A stretch of DNA of 64,000 bases from NCBI GenBank assembly GCA_041662565.1, contig JBAZSE010000003.1, positions 44,260-108,259 on the forward strand. The letters are read 5' to 3'. The position numbers and the translations under genes are program-made. Positions 1-9,589 of the stretch are shown here, piece by piece. Under the pieces are notes generated by a model. That model worked only from the letters and a program-made list of their open reading frames with translations, made no database searches and was not told where the DNA came from. This DNA is from Patescibacteria group bacterium. Its GTDB lineage: Bacteria; Patescibacteriota; Patescibacteriia; UBA1558; UBA10009. Every line of letters starts with the position of its first letter. Position 1 is the stretch's first letter.

Positions 1-1
1 A

Positions 2-1201
2 AAATTCAAGGATTTAACCGAAGCAGCAATTTACGCCCAATACCCGGAAGCGGAAATTACCGAAGTTAATGATTACGTTAGTTTGATTCCCGAAGATATT
101 CATAAAGTTGAATCAGATTATGATGTTTGGGCTACCGAATTTACTTTGGCTAAACCCAGTGCCTATCCCATAAAAACCTATACGGCATTTGAGCACCAAT
201 TGGCTGAAAGTTTTATCGATCCGATGTCGGCTTTGTTGGAAGTAATGAGTAAAATCGGCCAAGGCGAGCAGCTAGGTCTTCAGCTGGTAATTACGCCGGT
301 TGACGACCATTGGAAACACAAAGGCGAAGCCATTGTTGAAGAATTGATTGGCGCCAAGGGCGCCAGCAAAAAGCATTTGGGAGATAAAATGGTAGATAGG
401 ATTTTAGGTGTTTTGGAAAAATTCAGTGAAGCCATATATAAAATGTGGGGCGATATTAAGACGGAAAAAGAATCACCCAATCCCAGTTTATACCAATTTT
501 TAACAGTCGGTCAAAAAAACGTAGTTGAAGCGATCGAAAACAAATTGGCCAAAATTTGTTTTTCCGCCAGTTTTAGGGTTTATTACCTGGCTCACAAGGA
601 TCATTTTAAAAAAAGCCGGGGTGTTAATACTGTTTTAGGCGCCATTAACCAATTTAATACCAGCAACCTTAACGCCTTTAAAAAATACGGTAAGTTAACC
701 ACTCATCGTGATTATTTTTTTGTGGAAAAACGAGTTAATCGGGTTAAAAAGAAATTATTAAAATACTACAAAACCCGTTCTCGCAAGGGCTCAACAGAAT
801 TTTATCTTTCAACCGAAGAAATCGCCACATTGTATCACTTTCCTAACATTACTGTTAAGGCCCCATTGCTCAAAAAATCCGATGTTAAAACAGCCGAACC
901 GCCAACCAGTTTGCCTATTGAATATTCCGAAACTCAAAACTTTTTTATGGCCAAAACTGCCCAGCCAAATTTAACCATTGCCGATTTGGGACATAAAAAA
1001 GACGACCCTCAAATCTTACCCGAAAAAGAAACCAAACCCGAAGAAAAATTTGTCATTACCGAAAGTTTGCCCGGTTATGATTTTGATAATGATTATTTTG
1101 AGCAGCATTTTGCCAAAAACAGAACAATAAGCAATGCAACGCCAATTAAAAAAGAATTAGACAAAACAGTGGAACCGCCGTCTAATTTACCAATTTCTTA
1201 A
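2..1201 (+). CDS. Conserved hypothetical protein upstream of VirD4-like ATPase (5'-truncated by window edge)
   Basis: Frame is open from base 2 (KFKDLTEAAIYAQYPEAEITEV...). Motifs YPIKTY, DPMS..LE.MSK and EEIATLYHFP resemble the CPR partner/N-terminal region of VirD4-like ATPases. Confidence 0.7.
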   Translation, partial: KFKDLTEAAIYAQYPEAEITEVNDYVSLIPEDIHKVESDYDVWATEFTLAKPSAYPIKTYTAFEHQLAESFIDPMSALLEVMSKIGQGEQLGLQLVITPVDDHWKHKGEAIVEELIGAKGASKKHLGDKMVDRILGVLEKFSEAIYKMWGDIKTEKESPNPSLYQFLTVGQKNVVEAIENKLAKICFSASFRVYYLAHKDHFKKSRGVNTVLGAINQFNTSNLNAFKKYGKLTTHRDYFFVEKRVNRVKKKLLKYYKTRSRKGSTEFYLSTEEIATLYHFPNITVKAPLLKKSDVKTAEPPTSLPIEYSETQNFFMAKTAQPNLTIADLGHKKDDPQILPEKETKPEEKFVITESLPGYDFDNDYFEQHFAKNRTISNATPIKKELDKTVEPPSNLPIS

Positions 1202-1210
1202 TTAAAACAA

Positions 1211-2884
1211 ATGACTACAACCTCATCACAAGTGACAATTTTTGCCAAAACCAATTATCGCCATCAAGAGGTAAAATTTGGCATTAAAACCGATGATCGG
1301 CGCAGACACATGTATTTGATCGGTAAAACCGGCATGGGCAAATCCGTTACTCTGGAAAACATGATTATCCAGGATATCCAGCACGGCCGGGGAGTGGCTG
1401 TTGTTGATCCGCACGGTGAATTGGTGGAAAAAATCATCAAATTTATACCACCCAACAGGGTTAACGATGTGGTTTATATCAATCCGGCAGATTTGAATTA
1501 TCCAGTGGCTTTTAACGTACTGGAAAGCGTTTCCGAAGAACATCGTCACTTGGTTGCTTCCGGTTTGCTTGGGGTTTTTCAAAAATTATGGGCTGAATCA
1601 TGGGGTCCTCGTTTGGAATATGTATTGAACAACGCCATTATGGCTTTATTGGAATATCCTGGCAGTACGCTTTTGGGAGTAATGAGATTATTAATCGATA
1701 AATCATTTAGACAAAAGGTAATTAATAACATTACCGATCCGATGATTAAATCATTTTGGGTCGAAGAATATTCAAAATATCCCGATAAATTTCAATCCGA
1801 AGCAATTGCTCCGATTCAAAACAAAGTCGGCAGGTTTTTGTCATCGCCGATGATTAGAAATATCGTTGGTCAGGTAAAGTCATCGGTTGATTTGCGAAAA
1901 ATAATGGATGAGGAAAAAATCCTGTTACTTAATTTATCCAAAGGCCGGATCGGTGAAGACAATTCTGCACTGTTGGGCGCTATGATTATTACCAAAATCC
2001 AGTTGGCCGCCATGAGCCGGGTAGAAATTCCGGAAAAAGACCGTAAGGATTTTTATCTATACGTTGATGAATTTCAAAATTTTGCCACAGAAAGTTTTGG
2101 CAATATTTTATCCGAGGCTCGCAAATACCGCTTAAATTTAATCATGGCTCATCAATACATGGAGCAATTAAGTGAAACTACCCGTTCGGCCGTATTTGGT
2201 AATGTAGGCACCATTGTTTGCTTTAGGGTAGGAGGCGAGGATGCGGAATTTTTGGCCAAAGAATTTACTCCGCGCTTTGAAGAGCAGGATTTGTTAAATT
2301 TGGGCAAATACAATATTTATTTAAAATTGATGATAGACGGGGTTGCTTCGGAGCCTTTTTCGGCAACAACTTTACCACCGGTGCCGGAAAGCGAAGAAGC
2401 GGATAACATGATGGAAAAAGTTGTTAAGGTTTCACGCGAACGCTACGCCACCAAACGCGAAATTATCGAAGAAAAAATCCTTCGTTGGAGCTCCATGAAT
2501 GATTCCGGAGACGAGCAAGAAAGAAAACAGGCGGTAAATGTAAAAAACCAAATTAAAACTTTTTCCAAAACCTCACAACCAACCAATCAAGCAAAGAACT
2601 CTCCCAAAAAACCTTTGTTTAAAGATACGGGCATTACTCATCCTGCGGTTTGCGATGCCTGCGGTGAAAAAACCGTTTTAAATTTTATACCTGATCCCAA
2701 AAAACCGATCTATTGCAAAACTTGCTTAAAAAACTTAAGACAGGTAAAATCAGAAAACAGTCCAAAATCAGCACTTTCTGAAGAGCTTTTAAGCCAAAAA
2801 CCCTTAACTCTCAACGAAGCCATGGGTAAGGCGCCACAAAGCTTTAAAAATAGCGCCAATAACGTTAATTTAAGCCGGGAATAA
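1211..2884 (+). CDS. VirD4/TraG/HerA-family (type IV coupling protein-like) ATPase with C-terminal CxxC-x17-CxxC zinc finger
   Basis: RRRHMYLIGKTGMGKS (Walker A), VVDPHGE, LYVDEFQNF (Walker B), SEARKY, AHQY; C-terminal CDAC-x17-CKTC. Confidence 0.85.
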   Translation: MTTTSSQVTIFAKTNYRHQEVKFGIKTDDRRRHMYLIGKTGMGKSVTLENMIIQDIQHGRGVAVVDPHGELVEKIIKFIPPNRVNDVVYINPADLNYPVAFNVLESVSEEHRHLVASGLLGVFQKLWAESWGPRLEYVLNNAIMALLEYPGSTLLGVMRLLIDKSFRQKVINNITDPMIKSFWVEEYSKYPDKFQSEAIAPIQNKVGRFLSSPMIRNIVGQVKSSVDLRKIMDEEKILLLNLSKGRIGEDNSALLGAMIITKIQLAAMSRVEIPEKDRKDFYLYVDEFQNFATESFGNILSEARKYRLNLIMAHQYMEQLSETTRSAVFGNVGTIVCFRVGGEDAEFLAKEFTPRFEEQDLLNLGKYNIYLKLMIDGVASEPFSATTLPPVPESEEADNMMEKVVKVSRERYATKREIIEEKILRWSSMNDSGDEQERKQAVNVKNQIKTFSKTSQPTNQAKNSPKKPLFKDTGITHPAVCDACGEKTVLNFIPDPKKPIYCKTCLKNLRQVKSENSPKSALSEELLSQKPLTLNEAMGKAPQSFKNSANNVNLSRE

Positions 2885-2890
2885 ATCTTA

Positions 2891-4405
2891 ATGTTAAAAT
2901 TCTTTTTGGTTTTAAAATCCAAATTTTTTGCTAATCCAAACAGAGTTTGGGAGATTTTACCAGGCAGTATTACCTGGTTGACTTTTATTTTAGCCATAGT
3001 ATTTTCCATTTGGTTGCCGATTTGGGCAATTTATTTTATTATTGTTTTTGATCTTTTTTGGCTGCTTAAAGTTTTTTATTTGGTCATTAATCAAGTAACC
3101 TCGTGGTTTATTTTTAAAAAACAAGTCAAAATCAATTGGCTGGAAAAATTAAAAGGAGTTACCGCTAAAAATTGGCAGGATTATTATCATGTTATTTTTT
3201 TACCAACGTATAAAGAGCCCTTTGAAGTTATTGAACGAACTTTTATTTCTTTAGCTAAAGCGGTTTATGAACCGCAAAAATTTATTGTAGTTTTGGCAGG
3301 CGAAGAACGTGATCAAGAAAATTTTTTATCCTTTGCCGATAAAATTATCGAAAAATACTCCGGTCTGTTTTTAAAAATTTTGGTTACGGTTCATCCTAAA
3401 GATTTACCAGGCGAAATTCAGGGTAAGGCATCAAATATTAATTATGCCGGACATAAAGTTCAAGAGATAATTGACCAATTAAATATTCCTTACGAAAATG
3501 TTATTGTTTCGTCTTTTGACATTGATACTTGCCCGCACCCACAATATTTCAGCTATTTGGCTTACAAATATTTAACCCATCCCAAACCAACCAGAGTCAG
3601 TTACCAACCCATAGCCATTTACCACAACAATATTTGGCAATCCGATCCTTTAACCAGGGTGGTGGCCAATTCTACCACTTTTTGGCTGATGACCGATTTA
3701 GCCAGATCGGACCGTTTGTTTACTTTTTCTTCGCACTCCATGAGTTTTAGAGCTTTGGTTGATGTTGGCTTTTGGGAAAAAGATATTGTTTCCGAGGATT
3801 CGCGAATATTTTTGCAATGCTTGCTAAAATATGATGGAGATTATCAGGTCGAACCGATGTATATACCTGTTTCCATGAATACCGTTTCCACTGGTAAATT
3901 CTGGAAAGCTATGTCCGATCAATACAAACAAATGCGCCGCTGGGCCTGGGGCGTAGAGCATATCCCATACATGATGAAAAGATTTAAGGATCACCCCAAA
4001 ATGCCTTTTAAACTTAAATTTAAGCACTTTTTTAACCAAATGGAAGGAATGTGGTCTTGGGCCACCGCTCCTATTTTAATAACGGTAATGGGCCGTTTAC
4101 CACTCTTAATGGCTCCAAAAGGTATTCAATCAACCGCCATAGCCCAAATGGCCCCCCTAATTTTGGAAAAAATCATGACATTTGCCCTCGTAGGCCTTGC
4201 TTTAAACGCTATTTTAAGCACAATTTTAATGCCCGAACGGCCCAAAGGAAACAAATGGTACACCAAACTGGTTATGCTTTTAGAATGGGTATTATTCCCA
4301 GTTACCATGATAGTTTTTGGATCAATTCCGGCAACCGAAGCGCAAACCCGCTTAATGCTTGGCGGAAAATACCGCTTGGGTTTTTGGGTAACTGAAAAAA
4401 AATAA
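2891..4405 (+). CDS. Membrane GT2 glycosyltransferase, processive type
   Basis: N- and C-terminal TM helices; LPTYKE, GKASNIN, FDID, SED and QMRRW motifs. Confidence 0.85.
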   Translation: MLKFFLVLKSKFFANPNRVWEILPGSITWLTFILAIVFSIWLPIWAIYFIIVFDLFWLLKVFYLVINQVTSWFIFKKQVKINWLEKLKGVTAKNWQDYYHVIFLPTYKEPFEVIERTFISLAKAVYEPQKFIVVLAGEERDQENFLSFADKIIEKYSGLFLKILVTVHPKDLPGEIQGKASNINYAGHKVQEIIDQLNIPYENVIVSSFDIDTCPHPQYFSYLAYKYLTHPKPTRVSYQPIAIYHNNIWQSDPLTRVVANSTTFWLMTDLARSDRLFTFSSHSMSFRALVDVGFWEKDIVSEDSRIFLQCLLKYDGDYQVEPMYIPVSMNTVSTGKFWKAMSDQYKQMRRWAWGVEHIPYMMKRFKDHPKMPFKLKFKHFFNQMEGMWSWATAPILITVMGRLPLLMAPKGIQSTAIAQMAPLILEKIMTFALVGLALNAILSTILMPERPKGNKWYTKLVMLLEWVLFPVTMIVFGSIPATEAQTRLMLGGKYRLGFWVTEKK

Positions 4406-4410
4406 TTTTA

Positions 4411-4453
4411 ATAAAAAATGGCTTGCCAACTCCTGTACGGAATAGGCAAGCCA
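4411..4453 (-). terminator. Intrinsic terminator for the 4475..5170 ORF
   Basis: Stem TGGCTTGCC (4419-4427)/GGCAAGCCA (4445-4453) with a U-tract on the minus strand. Confidence 0.6.
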
Positions 4454-4474
4454 AGGTGGACTTATTGCTTTGCT

Positions 4475-5170
4475 CTATCTGAGCTCAAAGCTGACCTCCT
4501 GGATCAAGCAGCCACTGTTTTTGAGCAACCTCTCATCAAGAATGCTCGTCAGTTCTAAGAACAATGGCCTTTGATCATCGTAGTTAGGTAAAGCAGTAGC
4601 CAAGCGTTGGCGATTTTTTTCCGCCCAGAGAGCGAGATAAAATTGAATCACCCCAGATAGAGAGCCGTAGCTCGCTATCTCTTTTTTAAACCCCCTCCAA
4701 AGTAAGTATCTTTCGAGGTCGCCAGACGAGTTCATTTTCAACCGACAGACGATGCGAGCTGATTCATTGACTTGGTTAGAAACTTCACCGAGGTAGAACA
4801 TGAAGGCGTAATCCTGTTCTTGGTAGGATTCAATCGACCGCCAATCTTTCAACCGGCTGTCCCACTTCCAGAGCAGACCTCCCTTTGGCATGACCGCGTT
4901 GACCTGGCCGAAGGAATTGAAGATGATGCTTTCAGAATCAACTGACACTGTCAGGTATTTTCGTGGCGCCATGTAAAGTAGCCACGTGAAAATAAGAAAC
5001 AATACAGTCAGAAGCATAAGTCCTGCGTTTTCGCCCTGCTGTAGCGCCGCCGATTGCTGTGTTTGCGGTAGAGACACTATGTCCCTGATAAAAACCGCGA
5101 AAAAGCAGAGCGGAACAATTAACAAAACCAGCCGAACGTGGTTGCGAAAAAATCCAGAGATGGATTTCAT
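4475..5170 (-). CDS. Hypothetical membrane protein, possible degenerate SPFH/band-7-like domain, GC-richer than neighbours
   Basis: Two TM segments then VSVDSESIIFNSFGQVNAVMPKGGLLWKW; SD-like GAAAGGA upstream of the ATG. Confidence 0.6.
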   Translation of the reverse strand: MKSISGFFRNHVRLVLLIVPLCFFAVFIRDIVSLPQTQQSAALQQGENAGLMLLTVLFLIFTWLLYMAPRKYLTVSVDSESIIFNSFGQVNAVMPKGGLLWKWDSRLKDWRSIESYQEQDYAFMFYLGEVSNQVNESARIVCRLKMNSSGDLERYLLWRGFKKEIASYGSLSGVIQFYLALWAEKNRQRLATALPNYDDQRPLFLELTSILDERLLKNSGCLIQEVSFELR

Positions 5171-5249
5171 TTGATGATCCTTTCGGAATTTGGATTGTTG
5201 GATTGAAGGTGCTTTACAAAAGCAACTTTACCTTATGCTAAAGATAAAA

Positions 5250-6179
5250 TCAATCTCGTAAATAACCGTTAATAAATTCTTTAGCTGTCATTTCTTTTTT
5301 TCCTTCCGGTTGCAATTTTTCTATCAATAACGCGCCGTGGCCACATTGAATATATAATTTTCCATTATCTACCTGTAGCTGACCAATTAAATTGGATATA
5401 CTTTCAACGGCTTGGGCAGATATTATTTTAGCAGTTTTAAGTTTTAAGTTTTTACTTTTTAGCTCTGTATAGCTTCCTGGCCACTGCGCATAAGCCCTAA
5501 TCTGCCGTTCAATTTGATCTGCACTGTTTTGCCAATCTATTTTGCCGTCTTCCTTATTGATAATTTTACAAAAAGTAGCTTCAGTATTATTTTGAGGTTC
5601 TAACCTAATTTTTCCAGCCAAATAATCCGGTAATGTTTCTACCAGCAATTTTGCTCCCAATCCAGCTAATCTTTCGGATAAACTTTGGTAATTATCATCA
5701 GCTTTAAGTTTTAAGTTTTGAGTTATAAGTTTTGAACCATGATCCATTTTCTCATCCAATTTAATAATGGATACTCCTGTTTCTTTGTCACCATTTAATA
5801 TCGCCGACTGAATGGGGGATGGACCGCGGTACTTTGGCAATAACGATGGATGGATATTTAAAACTCCCAATGGAAATAAATCCAAAATTTCCTGGGGAAT
5901 AATTTTTCCGTAAGCAACCACAATTCCCAGATCAGGTTTTAGTGTTTCAATCTTTAATCTTAAATCTTTTAAATTTTCACAAACTTCTAAACCAAGCATT
6001 TTTGCCTCAACCTTAATTGCTGTTGGCGTTAAAATTTGCTTTCTACCGATTAACTGATCAATTTGAGTTATAACCAAAACAACATTATAGTCATTTTGAA
6101 GTAGGGCCCTTAATGCAGGAACCGCAAACTCGGGAGTACCAAAAAAAAATATCCTTTGCTTTAAATTATTTTTCGTCAT
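5250..6179 (-). CDS. fmt: Methionyl-tRNA formyltransferase
   Basis: FFGTPEFA, VVAYGKII, LNIHPSLLPKYRGPSPI, MDHG; adjacent to def. Confidence 0.96.
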   Translation of the reverse strand: MTKNNLKQRIFFFGTPEFAVPALRALLQNDYNVVLVITQIDQLIGRKQILTPTAIKVEAKMLGLEVCENLKDLRLKIETLKPDLGIVVAYGKIIPQEILDLFPLGVLNIHPSLLPKYRGPSPIQSAILNGDKETGVSIIKLDEKMDHGSKLITQNLKLKADDNYQSLSERLAGLGAKLLVETLPDYLAGKIRLEPQNNTEATFCKIINKEDGKIDWQNSADQIERQIRAYAQWPGSYTELKSKNLKLKTAKIISAQAVESISNLIGQLQVDNGKLYIQCGHGALLIEKLQPEGKKEMTAKEFINGYLRD

Positions 6180-6666
6180 TTTTTGCTCCTTTTATCCATT
6201 CTTTAACTTTATGTTCGCCTTTGGTGTATTTAAAAATCTTATCAATAAACAAAATACCGTTAACATGATCTATCTCGTGCTGCAATACTCTGGCGAGTAA
6301 ACCTTTGGCTCGCAAAAATCTTAAACGGCCATTTTCATCGCGGTAAAACAACCAAACTTTTTCCGGGCGTTTTACCAAGCCGTAAACATTCATAAAAGAT
6401 AAACAACCCTCTTCCATGACGGTTTTATTCAAAGATTTCCAGCAAATAACCGGATTAATAAAGGCCTTAGGGCCGCCATCATGGTTAACAACCAAAACTT
6501 GCCAATCTTTACCCAATTGATTGGCCGCCAATCCCAAACCATCAGCGCTTAACATGGTTTCACCCAATTCTTTAATAAAAGATTGTACCTCGGAAGAGGC
6601 GATATTGGTAATTTTTTTTGATTTTTTCCGCAAAATTTTACTTGGATATTTAACAATTTCCAACAT
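6166..6666 (-). CDS. def: Peptide deformylase
   Basis: GLGLAANQ, EGCLS and QHEIDH motifs. Confidence 0.97.
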   Translation of the reverse strand: MLEIVKYPSKILRKKSKKITNIASSEVQSFIKELGETMLSADGLGLAANQLGKDWQVLVVNHDGGPKAFINPVICWKSLNKTVMEEGCLSFMNVYGLVKRPEKVWLFYRDENGRLRFLRAKGLLARVLQHEIDHVNGILFIDKIFKYTKGEHKVKEWIKGAKNDEK

Positions 6667-6778
6667 AATGTTCTATTAAATTATTGATTATAAATTATAC
6701 CCCAATTTTACAGTTAAATCAAGCTGTTGCCTTTAAGCTTCATCTGCTATAATTCTACTATAATTAAACAAAAAAGTA

Positions 6779-7066
6779 ATGTCCGAATCAGACAATTTTA
6801 CCAAACTAGGGGATTTGCTTAAAAACAAGCAAACCGTTAAAGGCCCGGCCTATCCTTGGCAGGATTTGGCTTTAAAAATTATCAGTGATTTAAATGTTCC
6901 GGCTTTCAAAAAAAGCGCTGTTTTTAAGGTTTGCAGGGATTTGCCCCAGCAACATATTGTCCAAGCCCTAATTGACACCAAGGAACTCTGCCAAACCGGC
7001 CAAAAATGGAAATATTTTTTTAAGATCACTTCTGGTAAGCATGATGAAATAAAAGACCCTTCTTAA
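6779..7066 (+). CDS. Hypothetical protein (95 aa)
   Basis: Clean ATG ORF divergent from def, with upstream TGCTATAAT and a hairpin over its stop. Confidence 0.7.
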   Translation: MSESDNFTKLGDLLKNKQTVKGPAYPWQDLALKIISDLNVPAFKKSAVFKVCRDLPQQHIVQALIDTKELCQTGQKWKYFFKITSGKHDEIKDPS

Positions 7067-7080
7067 ACGAAGGGCTTTTT
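7051..7080. terminator. Bidirectional intrinsic terminator
   Basis: AAAAGACCCTTC-TTAAAC-GAAGGGCTTTTT between convergent genes. Confidence 0.65.
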
Positions 7081-7098
7081 GTTACAACATTATTACTT

Positions 7099-7911
7099 TT
7101 AGATCTCTAAATTTGCCACCAAATAACCAACACCAACGGAATCATCATAACTTAAAATATTGGTTTTAAAATTAATTTCTTCCAAAGCTCCTAGCAAAAC
7201 CAAAATTGATTGATAACCGCATTGGCCGGAAGATTCCAGTAATTCAGAGCTTAATTCTTTAAATGATTCAATGTTTTTTTCTTTAAGGCAATTAACAACC
7301 TTTTGATCAAAAATCTTTCCTTCGGGCGAATATCCGTCGGGTGAACTCTTTTTTAAACGGTGCGAAAGATCAGCCGAGGCAATAATGGCGATTCTTTTGG
7401 AACTGGTTTCGGCTATTTTACGGATTGCTCTGCCCAACGACAAATGATTATCTCTGGATAGCAAAGAAAAACTCATTGGTATAACCAAGAGGTTTTTTAA
7501 ATGAGAAGTTAAATACCACAATGGTATGCCCGAACCATAATCGATTTTTTCTTCACTGTTTAAAACCAAAGGCATACTGCTTTCTAACGATTCCTTTAAT
7601 TGATAACCTAAAGCCAAATCATTTTTATATTCGGCCTTGGTATCCAAATCGCCGAATTCCGAAAAATCGGTTTTTAAAACCGGCGAATGATTAATCACAA
7701 AAGCATCTTTCATCATCGGCCCATGGGGGGAAATAATAATTAAAGTATCGGGTTTGGAAGCGTACAATTCCTGTTCCAACAGCAAAAAGGCCTTTTTGGT
7801 TTTGGGACATGACTTAACGGTGCCGGAAATATTTTGAGATAATTTATCTTTACTTAAAGCGGGGATTAAAACAGGTGGATGAGGAGTAATGGCGGCAAAA
7901 ACTAAAGGCAT
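7099..7911 (-). CDS. MEMO1/LigB-family protein (AmmeMemoRadiSam protein B-like)
   Basis: TPHPPVLIP, IISPH, DYG, IASADLSHRL, CG, VGYLVA. Confidence 0.85.
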   Translation of the reverse strand: MPLVFAAITPHPPVLIPALSKDKLSQNISGTVKSCPKTKKAFLLLEQELYASKPDTLIIISPHGPMMKDAFVINHSPVLKTDFSEFGDLDTKAEYKNDLALGYQLKESLESSMPLVLNSEEKIDYGSGIPLWYLTSHLKNLLVIPMSFSLLSRDNHLSLGRAIRKIAETSSKRIAIIASADLSHRLKKSSPDGYSPEGKIFDQKVVNCLKEKNIESFKELSSELLESSGQCGYQSILVLLGALEEINFKTNILSYDDSVGVGYLVANLEI

Positions 7912-7923
7912 AAAATAAATGAT

Positions 7924-9474
7924 TTATTGATTAATCGGGATAGTTGTGGTTGATGAGGTGGCTGACAAATTTTTCGGAATGATTAAATCTATTGGAGCTT
8001 TATTGGCAGGTGCAGTGATTATTGCCTCCAAGGCCTCTCCGGTAGGATGAATATCTACGGCTACTTGGGATGTTTCAATAATATCCGCCCAGCGATAGCC
8101 TCTGGAAATAAAAGCTTCTTCGGTAGCAATTGGCAGCTTTTTACCTCCTGCAACAACATACACAATTGGATTATCTTTGGCTTTAATAAGTGAACCGTCT
8201 TTAAATTTAATGGCCTCGCCTTTGGGGTACTTATCAAGCTCCGTTGATCTGCCGGAAAGAATTTTCCGGTCCGGATAATTATTCTTTAAAATTTCTTTAG
8301 CCAAAATAGGGAATTTTTCACCCGCTTCAACGTAATAAACCCCGCCGCTCGAACTATCCATAATCAAAGCGCCCGTTGGATAGCTGGAACTAATGGTAAT
8401 TTCCCGTCCTTTTTTTAAAACGGCTAAATCAGCATCGGCAACGTTTTCCACTTCTTCCGGATTAAAACCCAAGGTTCTAAACACTTCCTGGCTGGAGATT
8501 TTTCTTAAGGTGTCATCAACTAGCAAATAAATATTTTTACCCGAATCAGCCAATAATGAGTATTGGGAAAATTTAATCGGTTCGCCTAATTCATATTGAT
8601 CTATCTCCAATTGATCCACAATTACGATTTTGGATGGATTAAAACGGGTAGCCAGCGCGCTAAAATTGGCAAAGGGTCTTTTTTTGCCGTCTTGAATAAG
8701 ATAAACCGTATCGTTATTATTTGCTTTAACCAAACTGCCGGTGGGTCTGATGCTAGTTTGATTAAACCAATTATTCCAAATTTTCCAAAAATTATAGTTT
8801 GCTCCAATCTTGCCTTGTTCGGTTAAAGTTCCTCCTTGATATGGATTATAAGTATAAAGAGCGGCAGTAATTTTATTTTCAGGCCTAATGGTTTGATCAT
8901 CTTGAGTCATTTTAGCCACGCCCACGCACCACTTGGTAAATGTGCAATTAAAATTGGCAACGTATTTGCTTTTAATATTTAAATCGGCTAAATAATCATG
9001 GATAAATTTCCTAGCCATTGATTGGATTTGTTTGGCAAAACCTCGGTATTTATCCAAACAGATTCCGCCATAACAGCTATAGCCAACAGCCCAATTGTAC
9101 TGATTAGCCGTAGGCGATGGATCGGTAATCAAGCTTTGCTCCTTTTGCAGCATAATCATGATAAACTTGGGGTTTATCCGGTACTCTTGAGCCGTATTCC
9201 AAATTAACCAATAGGCCGGTTGCATGGTTAAAGGATCAATATATCTGCCCAAAGTTCCACCTTTTTCATTCAAAAATTCCCTGATCTGTTCTAAAGTTAA
9301 TGAACTGTAATCATTTATAAAAGCATCGGAAATAATATGATTAGGGTTAAAATCAGGATCAAGGGGCTGATAAATAACCGCTTGAGCTAAAGAGGTTAGA
9401 GGAAGAAAGTTAAAAGTTAAAAGAGAAAAAACACTGATAATTGAGATTATTTTTTGAAATTTATTTGCGATCAT
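7924..9474 (-). CDS. Secreted protein: putative lysozyme-like N-terminal domain plus four ~58-aa C-terminal repeats
   Basis: Signal peptide; INPKFIMIMLQKEQSL and ALYTYNP; repeats of type GSLVKA...VYLIQDGKKRPF...G. Confidence 0.7.
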   Translation of the reverse strand: MIANKFQKIISIISVFSLLTFNFLPLTSLAQAVIYQPLDPDFNPNHIISDAFINDYSSLTLEQIREFLNEKGGTLGRYIDPLTMQPAYWLIWNTAQEYRINPKFIMIMLQKEQSLITDPSPTANQYNWAVGYSCYGGICLDKYRGFAKQIQSMARKFIHDYLADLNIKSKYVANFNCTFTKWCVGVAKMTQDDQTIRPENKITAALYTYNPYQGGTLTEQGKIGANYNFWKIWNNWFNQTSIRPTGSLVKANNNDTVYLIQDGKKRPFANFSALATRFNPSKIVIVDQLEIDQYELGEPIKFSQYSLLADSGKNIYLLVDDTLRKISSQEVFRTLGFNPEEVENVADADLAVLKKGREITISSSYPTGALIMDSSSGGVYYVEAGEKFPILAKEILKNNYPDRKILSGRSTELDKYPKGEAIKFKDGSLIKAKDNPIVYVVAGGKKLPIATEEAFISRGYRWADIIETSQVAVDIHPTGEALEAIITAPANKAPIDLIIPKNLSATSSTTTIPINQ

Positions 9475-9524
9475 ATAATTGTTTATATTATATCATTTTG
9501 ACGTCAGAATTTCAACCAGCTAAG

Positions 9525-9553
9525 TTGAAAAAAAATCCCATAAATGCTAATAT
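9525..9553 (+). promoter_or_regulatory. Sigma70-type promoter
   Basis: TTGAAA-17 nt-TAATAT with extended -10 TG. Confidence 0.55.
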
Positions 9554-9589
9554 TAAACAGTTAATTATTCATATTTAACTCTACTATAT

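Noticed and set aside
7795-7845. Possible insertion (NISGTVKSC) in the MEMO1/LigB protein
   Set aside because: No convincing hairpin or period-7 pattern; needs an alignment.
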